A stretch of DNA of 64,000 nt from a virus (taxonomy: Duplodnaviria > Caudoviricetes): the IMG/VR virus record IMGVR_UViG_3300028283_000231, one strand, 5' to 3'. The notes under the pieces were generated by a model. That model was not told the origin of the DNA. It ran no database searches and worked only from the letters and a program-made list of their open reading frames with translations. The translations under genes and the position numbers were made by a program. This document shows positions 57,280 through 64,000 of this stretch, piece after piece. Positions within the stretch are counted from its first letter, which is position 1; the number at the start of each line of letters is the position of its first letter.

Positions 57280-57453
57280 TTAGAAAACAACTTTTTTGTT
57301 ATCTTTTCTGTTATAAGCTTTCTTGTTTTTGAAAACTTTGTGGGTTGCAACAAAACCATTACCTAACCCCATTTCTCTATCGGCAATTTTCACGGCTTTG
57401 ATGTAATCCATTACACCGAAGGTGACTTTGTTGGTATTTTTAGTGTTTTTCAT
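57280..57453 (-). CDS. Small basic early protein with an ArfA-like tail (57 aa, not in track)
   Basis: MKNTKNTNKVTFGVMDYIKAVKIADREMGLGNGFVATHKVFKNKKAYNRKDNKKVVF; TATCTTTG promoter at 57498. Confidence 0.6.
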   Translation of the reverse strand: MKNTKNTNKVTFGVMDYIKAVKIADREMGLGNGFVATHKVFKNKKAYNRKDNKKVVF

Positions 57454-57608
57454 TGTCGTAAGTTTTTTAATAGGGTTATTGTCTTAATTTGATAACACAA
57501 AGATACGACAATCCCGTTAGATAAAAAAATAATTTGAAAAATTTTCAAACTTTTTATTTCACCGTAATCCCTTATATATATGAAAAATTTATTTGTTTTT
57601 TTCTATTT

Positions 57609-58676
57609 TTATCTCGCCCACCTTGGCGTTCCAATAGGTCCCTCCTTTGGTTTAGATTTAGGCTTCTTACCCTTTTCTGATATAGTATGAACTTTATACA
57701 TCAGATCATTTAACTCTTCTATCGACGTTGCTTTCTTACAATCTTCGTAAGCGTCATAAACCTCAGCAAACCTGTCTTCCCAGTCTATTGAATTAGGCAT
57801 TTCCCTTATCATGCCTTTAATTGCATCCAATGTGTATCTCCTGTAATCCTCTAAATCATTAGCCACAAGAAGTTCATGACTCTTTGGTTTCTCTTCAATA
57901 ATTTTATTAAAATCTATTAAATCATTAATACTTGGTCGAGTGAGGAACGGTGATTCAAATTTTCTGCCTAGATATTTCTTATTTAATTTTTGAATAAGAG
58001 CAATAAGTGCTGGATATTCTTTTAGAGATATACTTCTGATTACTGTTGTATTATGTGATATATTGCCAGTTTTATTTTCAGTTTTGAGTAGCACTCTAAG
58101 TATATTATCTTCTTTAATCTCTGATTCGTCGCAAGATCTAACAGAAAAAACCATCCCTTTAAGTTTTGTTAAAGCGTGTTTACAAATGAAAGTAGCAACG
58201 TGCTTATCATGATAAGTATCTTCCCAGTTTAACTTACCTTCTTCTGTATGTTTAGTGAGCAGGGACAAGAGTTTCAGATTTTTTAATTTCTCTGAACGTT
58301 CTTTGCCTTCTGCGTCGTTTGTAAAAAATTCGTTCAAAACGCTTTCATTTAAATACTTAACATCTCCATCTCTGTGTTTTTTATTAAGAGCGTCAATGAG
58401 ATCGTAAAGTAAAGGTTGAGTTCTAATTGTTAAAAGTGATACTAATGTTTCTAATTTGTTTTCACCAGTGGGGCCAAATGTTATAGATAAATCAGATTGA
58501 TACTTCTCTCTTTTTGATGTTACTGTGAATATAAGATTCTTTTTATCTGTGACTTTTTTAATGTATTTGAAAACTAATTTATCACTAGTCTCAATAGTAT
58601 TCCACCACCTAATCTCTCTCGATTCAGTCTTTAATAGTAACTCTCTTACAACCTGTCTAGTATTTTCAATTGGCAT
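57609..58676 (-). CDS. Hypothetical protein with an internally duplicated domain and an LNE linker
   Basis: Two copies of LL-x-KT-x-x-x-x-I/L-x-W-x-x-T...F...K...F-x-V-x-S...; YLNESVLNEF between them. Confidence 0.65.
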   Translation of the reverse strand: MPIENTRQVVRELLLKTESREIRWWNTIETSDKLVFKYIKKVTDKKNLIFTVTSKREKYQSDLSITFGPTGENKLETLVSLLTIRTQPLLYDLIDALNKKHRDGDVKYLNESVLNEFFTNDAEGKERSEKLKNLKLLSLLTKHTEEGKLNWEDTYHDKHVATFICKHALTKLKGMVFSVRSCDESEIKEDNILRVLLKTENKTGNISHNTTVIRSISLKEYPALIALIQKLNKKYLGRKFESPFLTRPSINDLIDFNKIIEEKPKSHELLVANDLEDYRRYTLDAIKGMIREMPNSIDWEDRFAEVYDAYEDCKKATSIEELNDLMYKVHTISEKGKKPKSKPKEGPIGTPRWAR

Positions 58677-58689
58677 AGCAAAGATATAT

Positions 58690-58810
58690 GTGAACTATTT
58701 TTCAATTATATATTAAAATATAATATTCAAATATCAACTTTCATAGACTCATCTATTGATGACGCCTCCAGTTGTTTTTGTTTATAGACCGATTGCATTC
58801 CACAACCAGT
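58690..58810 (-). ncRNA. Predicted TnpB omega-RNA scaffold / right end
   Basis: GGTTGTGGAATGCAATCGG...CAACT..AGTTG pairing, TCATC/GATGA hairpin, terminal TAGTTCAC at 58690-58697. Confidence 0.55.
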
Positions 58811-59989
58811 CTCAAGTTCTTTTAAGAAATATTGATAACCTATATTTCTTATATTTATTGATGCGTTATAATCTCTATCATGTTTCGTTCCACACCTAGG
58901 ACATAACCATTCTCTAATATCAAGAGTTAAATTTTGATTTATCCATCCACATTTCGAACACATTTTACTACTTGGGAACCATCTATTTATATAAACTATA
59001 TTTCTCCCATACCATTTAGCTTTATATTCCAAGAAATTAGTAAATTTACTCCAAGAAACATCTGAAATCGATTGCGCCAATTTATGATTTTTCATAATCC
59101 CTTCCACATTAAGATCTTCAAGACATATAACTTGGTTTTCGTTAATAAGTCTTATAGACAATTGATGTAGAAAATTTAATCTCTTGTTCTTTATTTTTTC
59201 ATGTAAAGATACAAAATTTAATCTTTTATTATAATATTTTTTAGATTTTTTATTTTTTATTTTTGATAATTTTTTTTGTCTATATTTTATTTTTTTTAAA
59301 CTTTTTTTGAGAAATTTAGGGTTTTCAATTATTTGTTTATCAGATATCACTGCAAAATTTTTAACTCCTAAATCTATCCCTATCACATTATTATTTTTTA
59401 TTAATTCATTTATAAATACTTTCATATTTAGTGATATAAACCATTTTCCATTTGAATTTTTAGATATGTTTAAAGATATTATATCGCCTTCAATTTTTCT
59501 ATGGGGGTTGAATCTAATACCATCCTTAAACTTAGGAAAAGATATCTTATTTTCTTGAACTTTTATAGATATGTATCCATTCACGCTTTGTTGAGGAGAT
59601 TTAAAAGACCCCCCATTTTTTTTAGATTTAAATTTAGGAAAACGATTTTGCTTTCTGAAAAATCGGAGATATGCTGCGTCTAAATTTTTTAAAGACCATT
59701 GTATTGATTGACTATTTACTTCATTTAGCCAATCGTATCTCTCATCTTTTTTCAATTCTGTTAACATTTTCGATGTTTGAATATATGAAATGTTATCTTT
59801 TGAACTTAAATATCTGTCTTTTTTAAGATTTAAAAAATAATTATATATGAATCTAACACACCCTATATGTTTATTCAGAACAATTTCTTGTTCTTTAGTT
59901 GGATATAATCTAAATTTATAAGATTTTATAATCTCTTTCATTGAAAATATCTTAATCTTTATTATTATATATAATAATAAAAAAGTCAT
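58727..59989 (-). mobile_element. tnpB: TnpB (IS200/IS605 or IS607-type RNA-guided nuclease) without a cognate transposase; probable start at 59941
   Basis: SYKFRLYPT HTH, IGIDLG, CLEDL, CSKCG/CPRCG zinc ribbon, HDRDYNAS; all three RuvC acidic residues present. Confidence 0.93.
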
Positions 59990-60025
59990 TTTTATCCATT
60001 TAGAATAAAAAAGTAAAAATAATTG

Positions 60026-63000
60026 TTAGTATTTTATTATATAAAATCTTCCATCCGCTATTATATAATAACCATAATTATCAGTCACGTATCTATAATT
60101 TACACCAGAGAAATTATTATTAATCAATATGAAATTCCTACCTTCATTGTAATTAAACAACTTGTTATTAGTATAACCTAAACCAAACTCGTTAAACGAT
60201 TGAGTTTCAATATACATATAAGGATCAATATTCATATCTACGTTAAAACTATAAGATAACATATCAGTCTTATATAAATCAATATATTGCACTGGTTCCA
60301 ACTCTTGTGTAGATTCATTTAAATGGAAAGTCTTAATCTTTGCTGTCCAAGATTCTGGCATTGTTGACCCACTTGTTAGATAGAAATTAATAGTAAATAA
60401 ATAATTACTGTCTATATTCAATGTCTGTATGTAATCAAAATTAATAACTGTATTTTCTTGATTAACAACAATCTTCTTAGCGTAATTGGCTGCGTTATAA
60501 TTAACGTACATTGAAGTACCAGCGTAAGCTAAACCTGTTATATCTAAAATATTGGCAGATAACGGTATAATGTGTTTTCTTAACCAATATACCATTTTAG
60601 TCAATTTTATTTGAACTTCCGCCAAAGAATACATATCAATATAATTTCCATCAAAATCAGTAATCTTGTAAGTTAAGTTAAATAAATTAGTCTTTAGATA
60701 ATTAACGTTATCAAACTCTGGCTCACTCCATCCTGGTATTTCGTTTACAAAAATATCCTGTATGAGAACTCTTTGTAATTTACCGTAAAGAGGTGAAGCT
60801 GGTTTAATACATCTATAATATTCGTACAGATCTAAATCGTTATAACCAAAGAAATTAATAGAGTTGATAAGAGCCTTGTAAGATCCTATGAAATTATAAA
60901 TCTCTGGATACATTGATAATAACTCTTTTCTTTTTCTGTTTAAAATAGTATAATCAATGCCTACTTCGTTAATATCAGATTCTTTGAATATAGGTTGAAC
61001 GTCAGTATCAATGTTAGCACCAAGAAGTTTTAAATGTTGCACAAATCTATCGTCTTCTATTTCAGTTTGTCCGTATAAGTTTATTGTTGCAATTCTATCT
61101 GGTTCTGTTTTAATTGTGAAATCATATGTTTTACCACTGGCTGAACTATCAAAAGGTAATAATATATCAGATACAGTTATTCTATTATTTGTAACATCAG
61201 TAACTACGTAAGTACCGTAATTACCAAATATAGTATGACCAGTAACGGTGTTCTCTGAGAAATTAAGTGATATATGTTGATGTGTTGCAAATCCTAAATT
61301 TGAAAAATTAAAATAAGTATCAGATGTAATATAATCAATATAAGATACCATATCTGATGTATCACCTGTGGTTATAGTAAAATTATTTATAAGAGTTGTA
61401 GTGCCAGTGACGTTGCTTGTAGTTCCTGAAAATACTATATTTTCAATTTTTTCAAGTATTAAATTATTTTGGGTCACTCCTTCTAGTTTTGAGTTGAAAC
61501 CAATAAATACCTGTAAAGGAACTGGAACGTAATTATAATTAACTGATGAATTAAGACGTTCTAGTGTATATGTTAAACTATCAAATACAGTTTGTTGAAA
61601 CTCTGGATCACTAACTCTATCTATATTAGTATTTGGATCAGTATTTAAGAAAACAAGATTATTAGTTGTACTGTTCCATAAAGGTTTTTGTCCTTGATAA
61701 GTTAATTCTCCATTTGGTTGTAATTGTGTGCCAGAATAGTCGTAATAGAATATATCTGGTGATACCTGTGGTGTGTTACCTTCGATCGGATCCCAAGAGA
61801 ATTTATAATAAACATCCCTGTCGTAATATCCACGAGGGGATCTTAAGAAACTACTTATTGAAACTGTTAAATTACTAGCGTACTCGTAAAAGAAAGGTCC
61901 TTGATAAGATAATTGAATTATATCAGGAGTTATCCTTAATATGTTAAACTGTTTATTATTCAAAGTGTGTGTACATCCACATATATCAATAATCATACCC
62001 GTCGCCAACTCGTAATTGTAAAGACTGTTATTAGTATTAACAAGATATAATTCACTACTGTCTATTACAATAGAATGGTTATTAATTCTTTGTATAAAGG
62101 CGTAATGTGAATATGAATTAATTTTCACCTCAACGTCGTAAAGGGTTATATTTGGTTGTTGTCCCTCTATAAACATAGTATAACCAGTATGACCCCCACT
62201 ATATGTATAACCACTATAAACACTAATTCCTTTATTATCAAGTATTTGATAATATTTATTAATAAAACTATTAATCGTGTTTAAAGTAAAATTAGATTTA
62301 TTGTTAATTGACCATGTGCAATAATTTCCAATGCCTGTACTGACTAAAGATGATATAACGAAAGCTCCGCTATTAAAATCATAAGATATAACAGTTGCTG
62401 TGAACTTATTATAAGTATCATGTACCACGTCAATTTCTTGCCCTGATACATAAGATAAAGATGTTCCACCTGTTAGATATATCGTTGTACCACTTGTTGT
62501 TGGTATATTTATACAGGTATTAGATGTTGTTGTGTTGTAGCTCAGAGGTATATAATAATCTATACCGTTAAGATTGATATTAAAACCGTAACCACTTGAA
62601 TCTCTTTGTATATCAAAATATATTTCAGTTAAGAAATTTTTGGCTAGTTTTGCGTCTTCGTAGTGGAAGACTTTTTCATAGGCTTTAAATTTCTCGTACA
62701 TACTGAAATAGAATACATCAGAGTCTTGTACAGTTGAAGCTGTTGTTAAATAAGTGAATCCTGTGGCAACTGGTAAATATGTTGAGCCGATATTTGCTGT
62801 AGCTCCACTATAATAAGGTTGATAATTATAATCAAGTCCGTCAAAAACTAAATAGTTATCGTTACCGTAATGATAATGATAAAGATTTAAACCATATCTA
62901 TCTAAAAGAGTTCTGTATTTATTTCTCATTGAAGATATAGTGTTCTCGTAGAAATAAGTAGATGTGCCAGAAGGCACAATGTCTTGTGTTAATGTTATGA

Positions 63001-64000
63001 GGTTACTTGTTGAGTAACAGACTGTATAACCACTAAATGTAGTTGGAGGAAGTACTGCAGATTGTTGGCAGTATAGTTTCCTTATTTTCTTTTTATTAAT
63101 AACTTTATTTATAGTGTAGGTATAACCAGTTTCAGGAATAATATATTCCCTAACTTGTATTTTATTATCAGTTACGTTTAAAACCTGAAATTGACGTTTA
63201 TCATGCAAAGTTCCTCCTGTAACATAAGGTGTAGCTAGTACTTCAATATAATCGTTATAAGTTAATCCAGTATATGTTATCGCAGAACATGTTTGTATGG
63301 TATTTATATCTTGATTTAAATAAAAATTAACAGTATCTACTGCAACTAGTTCTCTATCAATGAATCCTGTAATAGTAAAGGTTGGATCGTTAGCGTCGAT
63401 TGGGCTACCGTCTGCTTTTTCGAATATAATAGTTTGACCAGTTGAAACAAAATCAATATTTGTATTGATATAATTATAAAATTCAATTATGGTACCAGTT
63501 GGAGTATAATCTGTATATGTTATTTTAATGTCGCCTTCGTAAAGCTCTGGTCTTTGGGTCATTAAAAGAAAATCTAATTCTATTGTTGATCCAGTGACGT
63601 AAGTTGGGTTTTGTGGCAACGTAAAGTCGTAGACTTTTGTTTTCAATATATTATAATCGTCGTAAGTATAGACCCCGTCGTTATATGAACTACCAGCCAC
63701 GCTAACTTTTTTACCTCTATAATAGTTTAGGTTATTCATATCCACCAGTCCTTGGTGTCCGTAGTCTGGTGATTTAAAAACATTCACAGAAGAAACTGTA
63801 CCTCCAGAAAAAACAAAATTAAAATCTCTGTTATTAGTATAAGTAGTTATAAGAAAAGCACCTTTTTTAGTACCAAGCACGTTGTAGTAGGTAGTGCCGC
63901 TACCGTGAAAATTATTAAGATTTATATTTGTTGAACCTGTAATATCGTTAAAACAAACTGATGTACCAACTGGAAATTTTCTATCAAAATTATCACCGTA
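60026..64000 (-). CDS. Large virion structural protein (baseplate/tail-associated-like), 5'-truncated by the window edge
   Basis: Frame open from 64000 to 60026; T/S/G/Y-rich beta domains; C-terminal GQTEIEDDRF...RKRKELL...IGSYKALINSINFFGY. Confidence 0.7.
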   Translation of the reverse strand, partial: YGDNFDRKFPVGTSVCFNDITGSTNINLNNFHGSGTTYYNVLGTKKGAFLITTYTNNRDFNFVFSGGTVSSVNVFKSPDYGHQGLVDMNNLNYYRGKKVSVAGSSYNDGVYTYDDYNILKTKVYDFTLPQNPTYVTGSTIELDFLLMTQRPELYEGDIKITYTDYTPTGTIIEFYNYINTNIDFVSTGQTIIFEKADGSPIDANDPTFTITGFIDRELVAVDTVNFYLNQDINTIQTCSAITYTGLTYNDYIEVLATPYVTGGTLHDKRQFQVLNVTDNKIQVREYIIPETGYTYTINKVINKKKIRKLYCQQSAVLPPTTFSGYTVCYSTSNLITLTQDIVPSGTSTYFYENTISSMRNKYRTLLDRYGLNLYHYHYGNDNYLVFDGLDYNYQPYYSGATANIGSTYLPVATGFTYLTTASTVQDSDVFYFSMYEKFKAYEKVFHYEDAKLAKNFLTEIYFDIQRDSSGYGFNINLNGIDYYIPLSYNTTTSNTCINIPTTSGTTIYLTGGTSLSYVSGQEIDVVHDTYNKFTATVISYDFNSGAFVISSLVSTGIGNYCTWSINNKSNFTLNTINSFINKYYQILDNKGISVYSGYTYSGGHTGYTMFIEGQQPNITLYDVEVKINSYSHYAFIQRINNHSIVIDSSELYLVNTNNSLYNYELATGMIIDICGCTHTLNNKQFNILRITPDIIQLSYQGPFFYEYASNLTVSISSFLRSPRGYYDRDVYYKFSWDPIEGNTPQVSPDIFYYDYSGTQLQPNGELTYQGQKPLWNSTTNNLVFLNTDPNTNIDRVSDPEFQQTVFDSLTYTLERLNSSVNYNYVPVPLQVFIGFNSKLEGVTQNNLILEKIENIVFSGTTSNVTGTTTLINNFTITTGDTSDMVSYIDYITSDTYFNFSNLGFATHQHISLNFSENTVTGHTIFGNYGTYVVTDVTNNRITVSDILLPFDSSASGKTYDFTIKTEPDRIATINLYGQTEIEDDRFVQHLKLLGANIDTDVQPIFKESDINEVGIDYTILNRKRKELLSMYPEIYNFIGSYKALINSINFFGYNDLDLYEYYRCIKPASPLYGKLQRVLIQDIFVNEIPGWSEPEFDNVNYLKTNLFNLTYKITDFDGNYIDMYSLAEVQIKLTKMVYWLRKHIIPLSANILDITGLAYAGTSMYVNYNAANYAKKIVVNQENTVINFDYIQTLNIDSNYLFTINFYLTSGSTMPESWTAKIKTFHLNESTQELEPVQYIDLYKTDMLSYSFNVDMNIDPYMYIETQSFNEFGLGYTNNKLFNYNEGRNFILINNNFSGVNYRYVTDNYGYYIIADGRFYIIKY

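Noticed and set aside
346-61878. Many short track ORFs antisense to or overlapping real genes (e.g. 346-531, 7345-7545, 8981-9391, 17546-17845, 26998-27345, 28525-28959, 36260-36583, 45090-45428, 61011-61211)
   Set aside because: They are shadow frames of well-supported genes, rich in F/L/S/I, with no motifs or upstream signals.
1-64000. Genome-wide stop-codon reassignment (TGA=Trp or TAG=Gln), as in some Bacteroidota phages
   Set aside because: Long genes are open in code 11, Trp is TGG throughout, and TGA/TAG end genes at tight overlaps. Only one TGA falls at a conserved Trp position.

Overview
A 64-kb, strongly AT-rich fragment of a T4-like jumbo (huge) phage, read with the standard genetic code. 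The host is most likely Bacteroidota, based on TAnnTTTG promoters, A-rich leaders without Shine-Dalgarno sites, Bacteroidota-style lipoproteins and tRNA-Glu-type bodies. Left to right it contains: a sugar synthesis/modification cluster (1-10.2 kb: gmd, DegT aminotransferase, N-formyltransferase, GT2/GT9 glycosyltransferases, several SAM methyltransferases, and an acetyltransferase-methyltransferase-GT triple fusion); many late genes with T4 capsid-targeting-like N-termini and shuffled SH3/KOW modules joined by short recurring tags (DPYGEExW, RWYKKGKL, (I/L/V)NE); an Mre11-Rad50 (SbcD-SbcC) fusion gene split inside the nuclease domain by a free-standing endonuclease; two convergent arrays of nine small genes sharing a C-terminal KRxKLIDxML tag; two tRNA-Glu-like RNAs with no anticodon; a primase; a gp15-like tail terminator; a lysozyme-like protein; a five-gene array of which four encode LRR repeats; an amidoligase; six putative homing endonucleases; a TnpB element; and a large truncated structural gene. 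There is no CRISPR array, rRNA or reverse transcriptase. All family assignments come from motif recognition by eye, not from database searches.
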